Origin: Chloroflexota bacterium
GTDB taxonomy: Bacteria; Chloroflexota; UBA11872; UBA12225; JAJDUF01
DNA length: 64,000 bases
Direction: 5' to 3'
NCBI GenBank assembly: GCA_034422515.1
Contig: DAOUJP010000010.1
Coordinates: 200,123 to 264,122 of the forward strand
Numbering within the stretch: position 1 is the stretch's first letter; each line of letters opens with the position of its first letter. A program made the translations under genes and the position numbers. A model generated the notes under the pieces. The model made no database searches, was not told the origin of the DNA, and saw only the letters and a program-made list of their open reading frames with translations. This document shows positions 19,655 to 28,346 of this stretch, one piece after another.

Positions 19655-21202
19655 ATGGCAGGTGTAATCCGCAGACGGTATCTGGGAGGCGCGGCAGCGG
19701 CAATTGGGGGGCTACTCGCCGCGGCCTGTGGTGAGATCGAGGTCCGCTACGTGCAAGGGCCGGCCGGACCAGCCGGACCAGCCGGCCCGCAAGGCGCCAC
19801 GGGAGCGCAAGGCGCCGCGGGGGCGCAAGGTGCCACCGGGCAAGCCGGGGAGACGCAAGTCGTCGTCCAGGAGAAGGTCGTCACCGTCGAGAAGCAGGTG
19901 GTGGTCGAGGCGCAGGCGAAGGCGCCAATCAAGCTCACGTATCTGAACAAGCACTTCCCCGGGACGGTGAACTACGAGTGGGACAACCTCATGTACGAGC
20001 GGGTGGCAGAGGAGTTCCCGCATATCGTGTTCGAGCACAGCCCGATCCAGACCTCGCGCAAGGAAGCGTTCATCGTGCGCGCCTCGGCCGGTGTGCCGGC
20101 ACACATGGTGCAGAACGACTGGGGCGTGTGGCTGGACCTGGCGCGCGGTGGCAGCATCATGGAGTTGACGGACAACTTCAAGCGGGACAAGATCGTCCCG
20201 ACGGAGACCTTCCTGCGCTGGTCGGTGGAGCAGTACAGCTACGCTGGCCGGATGTTCGGGTTCCCGTTGTCGCAGTCGTCCGACTCGTTCCCGTACAACA
20301 AGGGCCTCTTCGACTCGGCCGGGTTGCCGCACCCGCCGACGGACGTGACGGACCAGTCTTGGACGATGGAGTCGTTCCTGGAGACGCTGCAGAAGCTGCA
20401 GCAGGCGCTGGGCGATGACGCCGCCGCGATGGGCAACGGCCATGGCTACCACTGGAACCGGGGTACCTGGTACGGCCACTCCTCGTGGGATGACGTTGCC
20501 ATCAAGCCGACGATGGATCACGAACTGTTCATCAGGGGCAACCAGTTCTGGCAGGACCTCCGGCACAAGCACCGCCTGATCATGGATTCGGAGTTCTCGA
20601 AGGCGATTGGTGGTATCGGCAAGGGCTTCCCGGCAGGGAAAGTCGCGATGTACTACACCTGCTGCCCGCACAACGTGCTGCGTGACGCGAAGGCAACCGG
20701 TGTGGAAGCCGGCCTGGCGACGCTACCGTTCTCCGGCTGGGACACGAACGGCAACACCATCTTCCCCGGTCAGAACATCTCGGGGCGGGTGTGGCCGCAC
20801 AACATGCACGTCGCCAAGGAGATTACGACGGAGGAGCAGGAGGCAGCCTGGACGTTCTTCATGTGGCTGGTGAAGGACCCGAAGAACGGCGGCCTGATGC
20901 CACCGTCGAACCAGCACATCGTGGCGCCGTACCTCGACGAGACGTACTCCGAAGCCGCCCAGCGCGACTTCGAGAGCATCACCGGGGTGGACAGCGTTGC
21001 CAGCAGCGCGCCGCTGCAGAACGCCTTGACCGAGTATCCGAGCTTCTGCGGGATGCTGAAGTACGAGGAATACTCGGATGCGTGGAACGCGATCAAGGAC
21101 GACTGGAGCAAGCACGAGGCCAACGAGATGTCCTCGGGCGACTTCTCGCGCCGTGCTCAAGAGGTGTTCACGAACGCCAAGCTGGGCACGAACACCCTGT
21201 AG
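19655..21202 (+). CDS. ABC-transporter sugar-binding lipoprotein (family-1 SBP) with Tat-like signal, lipobox Cys and a collagen-like Gly-X-Y linker
   Basis: AGGAGG SD 8 nt upstream; MAGVIRRRYLGGAAAAIGGLLAAACG (RR motif then lipobox); GPAGPAGPAGPQGATGAQGAAGAQGATGQAG (10 GXY triplets) followed by the SBP_bac_1-like body. The 600 nt upstream in the ORF track is not coding. Confidence 0.8.
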   Translation: MAGVIRRRYLGGAAAAIGGLLAAACGEIEVRYVQGPAGPAGPAGPQGATGAQGAAGAQGATGQAGETQVVVQEKVVTVEKQVVVEAQAKAPIKLTYLNKHFPGTVNYEWDNLMYERVAEEFPHIVFEHSPIQTSRKEAFIVRASAGVPAHMVQNDWGVWLDLARGGSIMELTDNFKRDKIVPTETFLRWSVEQYSYAGRMFGFPLSQSSDSFPYNKGLFDSAGLPHPPTDVTDQSWTMESFLETLQKLQQALGDDAAAMGNGHGYHWNRGTWYGHSSWDDVAIKPTMDHELFIRGNQFWQDLRHKHRLIMDSEFSKAIGGIGKGFPAGKVAMYYTCCPHNVLRDAKATGVEAGLATLPFSGWDTNGNTIFPGQNISGRVWPHNMHVAKEITTEEQEAAWTFFMWLVKDPKNGGLMPPSNQHIVAPYLDETYSEAAQRDFESITGVDSVASSAPLQNALTEYPSFCGMLKYEEYSDAWNAIKDDWSKHEANEMSSGDFSRRAQEVFTNAKLGTNTL

Positions 21203-21257
21203 CAAGAGGCCGCTGCACCTCTTCCGGGGTGCGGCCGCTTGCCAAGCACGCAACTGC

Positions 21258-21297
21258 GGCAGGTATCGGCGATCTCGCCGGTACCTGCCTGTTTTTA
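21258..21297 (+). terminator. Rho-independent terminator after the SBP gene
   Basis: GGCAGGTATCGGCGA-TC-TCGCCGGTACCTGCC (15-bp stem with one mismatch) followed by TGTTTTT. Confidence 0.7.
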
Positions 21298-21423
21298 AGG
21301 CTCGGCTCCCGGGGTGGGACCTAACCCCCCGGCCCCTTCCCTAAAGGGAAGAGGGTAGGTCCGCCGCAATGACGAGCATCTGGACGCGATGAATCGCGCC
21401 CCTACGGCGTGCTGTGCCGTCCG

Positions 21424-22245
21424 TCAGGATGAGGGGGCGAGGTTGGCGCCTAACGCTGCGCGCAGGGGGGTGAGGAAATCGTCGTCACCGACGTGGACGG
21501 GACAAGCCGCCCGGCGCGCCGCGGCGAGGGGATCGAAGTAGCCTAGCGTGCGGGCCATGTCGGCCGCGCGCTCCGGGTAGGTCCGCAGGTAGTCGTTGAA
21601 TTCTGCGAGTGGGTAGTCGTTGGTCGTGGGGAGCACATCGGCCAGACGGTAGAACAACGATGGCGCGGCGCGCACGCCGGCAACCTCCCGGCCACGCAGG
21701 GCGGCCACAAAGAGGGCCAGGTCGTTGCCCGCGACCGTGATGGCGCTGTGGTCCACTTCGTCCGATGGGCGGCTCAGGAGAAAGTCCACGGCGCGGCAGG
21801 CGTCGGCCACGATGCCGCGATAAGCATAGGCTTCCGGCGAATCGATGCCGTCGGTGAGCAGGCCGGGGTAGGCTGCGGCGTAGGGCCGGTCGCTGAGACG
21901 TTGGCCGCGATGACACAGGGTCAGCACGGCGCGCTGCTCCGGCCAGCGGTGGTCTAGGTCGCCCACGGGCACATGCACTACACTGCCGTAGCCGGGTAGC
22001 TGCACTTCCACGCCACGTGGCTCCGCGCCGGCCGCAGGCGGCGGCTGGACGTAGTACGCAAACAGGCGGTAGGGGCCGATACTGGTGAAGCGCGCGCCGT
22101 ACACGAGCGCCTCCGCCGATGACCGCAGCGGCAGTAGCTCGACTTCGGGCGCCACCTCCGTGTGCGCCAGCTCGGTCGCTACCGTGCCCCAGAAAGCATC
22201 GAAATCCGCCGGCTCCGGTTGGTGAGGCAGCGTCGGTGTCTGCAT
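21424..22245 (-). CDS. Acetyl-xylan esterase/cephalosporin-C deacetylase (CE7/AXE1) paralogue with substituted nucleophile; probably catalytically inactive
   Basis: Alignable with the downstream CE7 gene throughout, but the GGSQGG nucleophile elbow is replaced by VAGNDLA (Ser to Asn) and the C-terminal GHG region is altered. Start trimmed to MQTPTLP. Confidence 0.65.
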   Translation of the reverse strand: MQTPTLPHQPEPADFDAFWGTVATELAHTEVAPEVELLPLRSSAEALVYGARFTSIGPYRLFAYYVQPPPAAGAEPRGVEVQLPGYGSVVHVPVGDLDHRWPEQRAVLTLCHRGQRLSDRPYAAAYPGLLTDGIDSPEAYAYRGIVADACRAVDFLLSRPSDEVDHSAITVAGNDLALFVAALRGREVAGVRAAPSLFYRLADVLPTTNDYPLAEFNDYLRTYPERAADMARTLGYFDPLAAARRAACPVHVGDDDFLTPLRAALGANLAPSS

Positions 22246-22306
22246 TGGATCCCCTTCGAGTCCTTGCTTGTCGCCGATGCGCGAGCGTAGGGCGGGCAGT
22301 CGGGCG

Positions 22307-23299
22307 TTAGGCGGCGACCTGAAGATGGTGGCGCATCCACGCCTGGACGTGCGGGGCGTGTTTGGCGCCGCCGGCACCGTGCCCCTCGCCCGGATAGGCG
22401 CGTAGCTCCTTGACCGCCGCGCCAACCGCCGCGAAGACGGCGTAGCCCGTTTCCGGTGGGCAGACGGGGTCGGCCAGCCCGATGTTCATGAGCGTCGGGC
22501 AGCTGATGCGCGGTGCCATATTGATGCCGTCGTAGAAATCGAGCGTCCGCAGGACCGCCGCGCGGCGGTCCGGATAGATGCGGAGGTAGTCGTTAAGCTC
22601 TTCATAGGGATAGGTGTGGGTGAGGTCAATGGCCTCGCGCATCCCGCAGAGGTAGGGCGCGCCGGGGCAGGCCGCGCGGATGGCGGGATGCCAGGCCGAT
22701 GTGACGATGGTCAGGGCACCGCCTTGGCTGCCGCCGGTCACGGCGACACGCTCCGGGTCCACTTCGGGGCGGCTGAGGAGCAAGTCAATCGCGCGCCAGG
22801 CATCGCAGTAGAAGCCGCGGTAGCCGTAGGTTTGGTAGTCGGTCAGGTTATGTGTGAGCAGGCCGGGATAGCCGGGGTTGAAGACGCCGTTTGACCGCAG
22901 CTTGCCGCGCGGGGCCACTACCACGCTGGCATAGCCTTCGCGTGCCCACTGCTTGCCTGTTGCGAGCGACGGCTCACTGACGTAGCCCGGCATGATGGCG
23001 ATGGTCGGGTTGGGCTGGCCGGCGCTATGGCGCGGCACGCAGTACCAGCAGGCGATCCGCAGCCGCTCCCAGCTTGTGTAGAAGACCTCGTAGACGAGAA
23101 CCTCATCGTCAGAGCGTAGCGGCACGAGCCGCACTTCCGGCTCCAGCGGAATATCCTGGAGCCGATCCCAGGTCTCCTGCCAGAAGGCATCGTAGCCCGC
23201 CGGCTTGGTGACGGACGTGCCGTAGCCGGCCGGGTCGCTCCGGTCATACGGCTGCCCATCACGGTCTACGGCGCCTACGCGGCTGGGCTGAAGGTCCAT
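22307..23299 (-). CDS. Acetyl-xylan esterase/cephalosporin-C deacetylase (CE7/AXE1 family)
   Basis: AXE1 N-domain; RVAVTGGSQGGALT nucleophile elbow; YPGEGHG C-terminal His motif. Confidence 0.85.
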   Translation of the reverse strand: MDLQPSRVGAVDRDGQPYDRSDPAGYGTSVTKPAGYDAFWQETWDRLQDIPLEPEVRLVPLRSDDEVLVYEVFYTSWERLRIACWYCVPRHSAGQPNPTIAIMPGYVSEPSLATGKQWAREGYASVVVAPRGKLRSNGVFNPGYPGLLTHNLTDYQTYGYRGFYCDAWRAIDLLLSRPEVDPERVAVTGGSQGGALTIVTSAWHPAIRAACPGAPYLCGMREAIDLTHTYPYEELNDYLRIYPDRRAAVLRTLDFYDGINMAPRISCPTLMNIGLADPVCPPETGYAVFAAVGAAVKELRAYPGEGHGAGGAKHAPHVQAWMRHHLQVAA

Positions 23300-23435
23300 G
23301 GTTGTGGCCTACTCCTTGGTTCCTAGTCGCCGGTGCAAAGGCCGCCGCACGCCGGCTGGCTCTAAGCCTAACTGGACGATGGCACTCGGTCAATGAGGCG
23401 TAGAGCCGAACGCACCGTATCTGCGTGTCGGAACC

Positions 23436-24122
23436 TCAGGTTGTTATGCCCAGCGCAGACAGCTTTTCCTCCCGGTAGAGGGATAGGACATCATTCAGTG
23501 CCGTGAGGTCACCGCCGAGATAAGCCTGAAGCCAACTCTGTAAGGCATCCAGGAAGTCTATATCAAGCACTACGGGACGCGGTACGAGCCAACGCTCGTG
23601 AACCACTTGCAGCCGGTCAAACCGCACGAAGCTCTCCCGAATACCATACTGGGTATCCGGAGGCATGTAGAAGAGTTGATTATAGGCATAGGCCTTTACT
23701 CGATCAATGAAGGTTTGTGAGTAGGGACGTTTCGTGCCTCTTGCCTGGAAGCCATACAGTGGGGCAACGACAAAGCCTTCATCGTGCTGGCGTGGGTGAT
23801 CCTGCCAGGAATCGCATGGTGAGGACACGACGACGGCCGGTCGCCACTTATGACGGCGGACAACGTCTACCTCGTCGGAACGCTGACCGATCTCATAGAC
23901 CGGGTAGCTTCCTTGGCGATCACGGAAATGCTGAGTTCCCACTTGTCTAATAATGTAGCTCTGCACCATCCTGGCATTGATGTCTCCGGCCTCCAGAACC
24001 GGAATTCGTGCTGCGTCAAGCAGATAAACGGCGGCGGTGTCGCAGATGCGGCCCGGTTCACATTGAGAATGCGCCAGTGGTTTTGGCTGCCGCATGTAGT
24101 AGCGGTCCAAAAGCTCGATCAT
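23436..24122 (-). CDS. Hypothetical protein, candidate toxin partner of the upstream Panacea-domain gene
   Basis: 228-aa ORF 9 nt downstream of the Panacea-domain gene on the same strand; lower GC than its surroundings; no recognisable toxin motif. Confidence 0.45.
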   Translation of the reverse strand: MIELLDRYYMRQPKPLAHSQCEPGRICDTAAVYLLDAARIPVLEAGDINARMVQSYIIRQVGTQHFRDRQGSYPVYEIGQRSDEVDVVRRHKWRPAVVVSSPCDSWQDHPRQHDEGFVVAPLYGFQARGTKRPYSQTFIDRVKAYAYNQLFYMPPDTQYGIRESFVRFDRLQVVHERWLVPRPVVLDIDFLDALQSWLQAYLGGDLTALNDVLSLYREEKLSALGITT

Positions 24123-24131
24123 GTTTCCGCC

Positions 24132-24866
24132 CTACTCGGCCTGCTCACGAATCGTGTTCGCTGCCTCCGGCGTGATCTGTACTGCTCGGCCGTCGAGGCG
24201 GCGGCGAGTCTGCGGCACCTGATCTTCGGCGTTGAGCAGCCGCATACCCTCCTCGTATACAGCGTCACGCGGAGCACGCGCTGGTCTAGTTCCGGCCCGG
24301 CGTGCTTCGCGCCGGCGAGCGAGCCGGCGTCGTAAGTCCGCGAGCACCTCATCCGACAGGCGGTGCGGCTCCCGTTGCGGCTGCGGATATTTTGGTGTGG
24401 CTCTCACTACTCGCGAGAAATCCAGCACCTCGCCCCGCGCCACGTTCTCCATCGGCTCTGTCCCAAAGTACACGTAATCGAGCAGCACCGGCAGGTCCTC
24501 CAGTCCCCATTGCTGCACAATGCGGTCTAGGATCACGCGATCAGGTAGAGTAAGGATGTCATCTACCGACACGTCCTCATAGCTCCCTAGCGCCACGTAA
24601 GCTCTGTGGCCGGAGGTCGTCGTGGCTTCATCGCTACCAAGATATGGCTCCAGAGCAGTGTCGTATGGTCCGTAGTGCAGAAACCGCCATTGGAGGCGCG
24701 TGAAGGGGTGACCGTGAACTCGATAATATTCGATGTCAAATAAATACAGCAGCTTTGCCAAGCGGGTACGGGCAGCGGTGCCTTCATGATCGCTCAACTT
24801 CTGGACGATATAGTCCACGAGCCGCTGAAGGTGAGGATGTAGTCGGCTAGACGCGGTGGTTGTCAT
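24132..24866 (-). CDS. Panacea-domain (DUF4065, SocA/PanA-like) putative antitoxin
   Basis: LAKLLYLFDIEYYRVHGHPFTRLQWRFLHYGPYDTALEPYL fits the DUF4065 core (KLLYfaD...G.P.T...w....yGPv...l). Arg-rich unstructured C-terminal tail. Confidence 0.6.
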   Translation of the reverse strand: MTTTASSRLHPHLQRLVDYIVQKLSDHEGTAARTRLAKLLYLFDIEYYRVHGHPFTRLQWRFLHYGPYDTALEPYLGSDEATTTSGHRAYVALGSYEDVSVDDILTLPDRVILDRIVQQWGLEDLPVLLDYVYFGTEPMENVARGEVLDFSRVVRATPKYPQPQREPHRLSDEVLADLRRRLARRREARRAGTRPARAPRDAVYEEGMRLLNAEDQVPQTRRRLDGRAVQITPEAANTIREQAE

Positions 24867-25130
24867 GGTACATGAACTCCACTCAGGCTAATGATTCTAG
24901 CGTTACCTGGGAACTAGAGGCCAGCCCCGCCAAGTGGACCCACAGTCCGATGCCGTGCCAGTGCTCGGAGCGCCAAGGCCAAGCAGCACTCCTCGCGCTT
25001 CGCGCCGCCGTTTGCGCCCTGCTGTGGAAAGGTACACGACGTTCCGGCCTGTCGTGCCCGGCCATAGCCGGTGGGGTGGGCCGCTTGACGAGGCGGCGCG
25101 GCTGTGTTACGATGCCTTCAGCCGGCCTGT

Positions 25131-25206
25131 GCGGGCATGGTGTAGTTGGTAACACGCGACCTTCCCAAGGTTGAGATCGAGGGTTCGAGTCCCTTTGCCC
25201 GCTCCC
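25131..25206 (+). tRNA. tRNA-Gly (anticodon CCC)
   Basis: GCGGGCA acceptor; D-loop AGTTGGTAA; anticodon stem CGACC/GGTTG with loop TTCCCAA; T-arm GGGTTCGAGTCCC; 3' TGCCCGC. CCA is not exactly encoded. Confidence 0.85.
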
Positions 25207-25424
25207 AACGGTGACTTGGTTGCCACTTCGGTCTGCCGCTCGGCAGGCCCTTTTTTGTGTGTGCGGCGGTTGCCGGTTGTCCTCGCCGGCGCGGCACGCA
25301 GAGATGCACGGGCTAACTATCGGCCGGCTCCGCGTCTCCTTGGCGCGGATGATGGCCCACGGAGCAACGCTCGACACGCGCCGGATACGCCGACCAGGAC
25401 AGAAACACGGAGGGATGACGCGGT

Positions 25425-26072
25425 ATGACGCACCTCATGGAGCAGGTAGGGGGCTGGATCGAGGAGCTGATCGCCACCATCGGCTATCCCGGTATTGTCC
25501 TCGTGATGGCAATCGAAAACATCTTCCCACCCATTCCCTCCGAGATGGTGCTGCCGTTCGCCGGGGCGCTATCGGTCAAGGGAGAGCTGAACTTTTGGGG
25601 CGCCGTGGCGGCGGGTACCGCCGGCTCGCTGATCGGGGCAGTGGTGCTCTACGCGATTGGGTACGTGGCGCGCGAGGCCGGCGTGCGGCGGCTGGTCGCA
25701 GCCTACGGGAAATACGTCTTTATCTCCGAAAAGGACCTCGACCGCGGGGCGGCGTGGTTCGAGCGGTACGGTGAGGCGGTCATCTTTTTCGGGCGGCTCA
25801 TCCCGATCATTCGCAGTATCATCTCCGTGCCGGCGGGCTATACGCGGATGCGCGTTGATCGATTCCTGCTGTATACCACTCTCGGCACGGCGCTGTGGAG
25901 CCTGTTTCTGACCTACGTCGGCCGCGTCCTCGGCGAGAACTGGGCAGACCTCCGGGACTATATGAAACCCTACGAAAACGGCACCCTGGTCGTGCTGGTG
26001 CTGGTCGTGCTGGTGTTCGTCGGCTGGCGGGCGCTGCGCTGGCGCCGGCAGCCGCCGGACACCGAGGCTTGA
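25425..26072 (+). CDS. DedA/SNARE-associated (VTT-domain) membrane protein
   Basis: GYPGIVLVMAIENIFPPIPSEMVLPFAG, FFGRLIPIIRSIISVPAG; canonical DedA motifs. Confidence 0.9.
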   Translation: MTHLMEQVGGWIEELIATIGYPGIVLVMAIENIFPPIPSEMVLPFAGALSVKGELNFWGAVAAGTAGSLIGAVVLYAIGYVAREAGVRRLVAAYGKYVFISEKDLDRGAAWFERYGEAVIFFGRLIPIIRSIISVPAGYTRMRVDRFLLYTTLGTALWSLFLTYVGRVLGENWADLRDYMKPYENGTLVVLVLVVLVFVGWRALRWRRQPPDTEA

Positions 26073-26103
26073 TTCACCGAGGGGACCGGCTGCCGGGCCG
26101 GCG

Positions 26104-28176
26104 CTAACCACCCTGGGCTGCCGATGTCTCGACGGGTGTGAGCGTTACGGTCGGGCCGCCTTCGGCGGGGAGGACGTACTCGCTCAATCGCTGCTCCGTG
26201 AGTACGAAAATGCGGTCACCGGCCTCGTCAACCCACACGTCGCGGATTTCTTCGCCCGGGTTGGCGACTCCGACTAACTCGCGCTCGAACTGCCCGCTCT
26301 TGGCGAGCTGCACGATGCGACTATTGCCCGTGTCCACCACGTAGAGCGAGTTGATGGACACGCCGGTCGTGATCGCCTGGGGGTTTTGCAGTGGACGCTC
26401 CAGGCCCTGCAGGGTGAAGGGCCGTGGCTCGCCGCTCCGGTACCGCGTGATGCCACCATCAGCAGCGAGCACGAAGATGTCCCCGTCTATGGCAAGGTCG
26501 AGCGCCGTCGCGATCTCAGCGGGTACCGACGTGCCAAACCACTCATCGGGCGGCAGGGCATAGGTCCCGAGCGCCGTCGGCCGCCAGCGCAGGAGTTGGT
26601 TGGTACCCGTATCCACTGCATAGAGGCGGTCTTGGTACGTTTCGAAACCGAGGACCCGCTGCCACCCGGCCGCGCCGGGCAAACGCCCAGCGCGCATCGT
26701 ATCGTCAGCGGTGAGGAACCAGTAGTGTCCCGTACTGTCAATAGATACGACTCCGTCAGTCGTGGTGACCAGATAGGCCAGATCACCGACGGTTTGCCCG
26801 GCCTTGTTGCCCCCGCGCTCCAGCAGCAGTTCGGGCCCTTGGCCGGGGCGCACGGCCAGCACGGCGCGCGGCCCATCGAGGACAAAGAGGCGTTCACCGA
26901 AGCGGGTGACTGCGGAGAACTGGGTGGGACGGTTGATCTGTTCGGCGGAGAGGACGGACGGCACGAGCGGTGGCGGTGGTTCCAGCCCGGCGATGCGGGT
27001 GCTCTGCGCCTCGACGGCCGACCGTAGCTCGGCAGCGCGCTCCTCGGAACGCGCGTCGAGGGCGCTAATCTTAGCCAGGGCCTCGACGACGGCGTTCTGT
27101 CCTTGCTCCCGGTCGGTCACGCTGGCCAGGTCGGCAACGGCCCGCTCGGCCGCCGCCAGAGCTTGGGGGTTCGGTGTGGGTGAAGTGGCCACTTCCTGAG
27201 TCGGCCCCGCGCCGCTCAAGCGGCTGAGGATAAAGATCAGCAAGATGACCGCAAGCAGGCCGACCAGAATGATACGCAGACGTCCCTGGAGTACCGCGTC
27301 CAAGCGCTGCCAAGCACCGGCGACCATCCCCGAAAAACCGGCCGCCGGCGCCGCCGACCGGGGCCGGCCGTAGCCGGCTCGCGCCGGTCTGGGTCTCACC
27401 GGCGGCGCATCACTGCCAGTTGCTTCGTCCCACTCCGGCCCCAGGTCTTCCTGTCCATCCGCCCAGCCCGCTTCGCTCGTAGACGCCGGAGCCGTGCGGA
27501 CGACCAAGGCTTCGAAGTGGGGTGCTCCGCGCGCCAAGTGGTTACACAGCCAGGTTGCAGCTTGCTCGGCGCTGTCCTGATCCAGGGCGCGCCGCACGTG
27601 GGCAGGACGCAGGCGAGCGGCAAGCTCCGAGGTGCTGATAAGCAACGTCGCGCCTTGGCGCAGTGTGGCCCGCGCGTGCTCGATCTCTAGGTCCCAGCGC
27701 CTGGCCTGACCGCGCCGCAACGACTCGCCCTGCGGTGCCGCAACCGGCGTGTCCGGCCACATCCGCAGGGAACCCTGTCCCTGTTGGAGGAGGTAGATCT
27801 GTGCCGGCAACAGTTGGGCGAGCACCATGCCATGCTCTTGGATCAGCACCGCACTGGCGCCCAGCGCGATAAGCTCACGCGCTGGGGCGAGGGCATGGGT
27901 TTCGAGGCGGACGCACGCCGCACGCAAGGCGCGGCTCAAGGCTGAGGCCGGGGGGGACTCCGGCTCCTCGAGCAGTGCTTGGACGAGGGTCTCGCCAAAC
28001 AGGAGGCATGAGTCGTCACCAACCCCCTCAATCACGAGGAAGAGGTCGCTCGTACCCCGGCCAACCGCCTCGTCTGCCGGGAGGTGATGATGCTGGGCCT
28101 GAGGGGACTCTGCACGACGCTTGCCGCCCCAGACCGATGCGGCGGCCCACTCGATAACGCCGCTTTCTCTACTCAT
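26104..28176 (-). CDS. Single-pass membrane protein with degenerate PP2C-like cytoplasmic domain and extracellular beta-propeller-like repeats
   Basis: The N-terminal approximately 250 aa has PP2C-like spacing, but the metal-binding DG(x)GG is replaced by IEGVGDD. TM helix LRIILVGLLAVILLIFIL. C-terminal repeated YAVDTGTNQLLRW / YVVDTGNSRIVQL / IFVLTEQRL blades. Confidence 0.5.
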   Translation of the reverse strand: MSRESGVIEWAAASVWGGKRRAESPQAQHHHLPADEAVGRGTSDLFLVIEGVGDDSCLLFGETLVQALLEEPESPPASALSRALRAACVRLETHALAPARELIALGASAVLIQEHGMVLAQLLPAQIYLLQQGQGSLRMWPDTPVAAPQGESLRRGQARRWDLEIEHARATLRQGATLLISTSELAARLRPAHVRRALDQDSAEQAATWLCNHLARGAPHFEALVVRTAPASTSEAGWADGQEDLGPEWDEATGSDAPPVRPRPARAGYGRPRSAAPAAGFSGMVAGAWQRLDAVLQGRLRIILVGLLAVILLIFILSRLSGAGPTQEVATSPTPNPQALAAAERAVADLASVTDREQGQNAVVEALAKISALDARSEERAAELRSAVEAQSTRIAGLEPPPPLVPSVLSAEQINRPTQFSAVTRFGERLFVLDGPRAVLAVRPGQGPELLLERGGNKAGQTVGDLAYLVTTTDGVVSIDSTGHYWFLTADDTMRAGRLPGAAGWQRVLGFETYQDRLYAVDTGTNQLLRWRPTALGTYALPPDEWFGTSVPAEIATALDLAIDGDIFVLAADGGITRYRSGEPRPFTLQGLERPLQNPQAITTGVSINSLYVVDTGNSRIVQLAKSGQFERELVGVANPGEEIRDVWVDEAGDRIFVLTEQRLSEYVLPAEGGPTVTLTPVETSAAQGG

Positions 28177-28244
28177 CGTGCCTGATACTACTTGTCTTCT
28201 CTTGTGGTTGACAACTGCCCGGTCACTCCCGTATATTGTTCATA

Positions 28245-28256
28245 GAACAGGCGTTC
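28245..28256 (+). promoter_or_regulatory. Cheo-type LexA box GAAC-N4-GTTC upstream of lexA
   Basis: GAACAGGCGTTC about 90 nt upstream of the lexA start, overlapping a second palindrome TGTTCATAGAACA (28238-28250). Confidence 0.6.
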
Positions 28257-28346
28257 CCCGCGTCAGGCGTTGTGTAGCGCCTAGTACACCGCCACTCCTG
28301 CTTGAGGTGGCGTGCCGGCAGATCGAACGAGGAGAAAGGCAAGCCG

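Noticed and set aside
19712-20671. 319-aa antisense ORF inside the SBP gene. Other antisense or shadow ORFs of the same kind are 9123-9968, 9595-10626, 10253-11059, 5763-6470, 11820-12848, 25569-26111, 40262-41008 and 43518-44147.
   Set aside because: All overlap well-supported sense genes, show Arg/Pro/Gly-biased composition, and carry no motifs.
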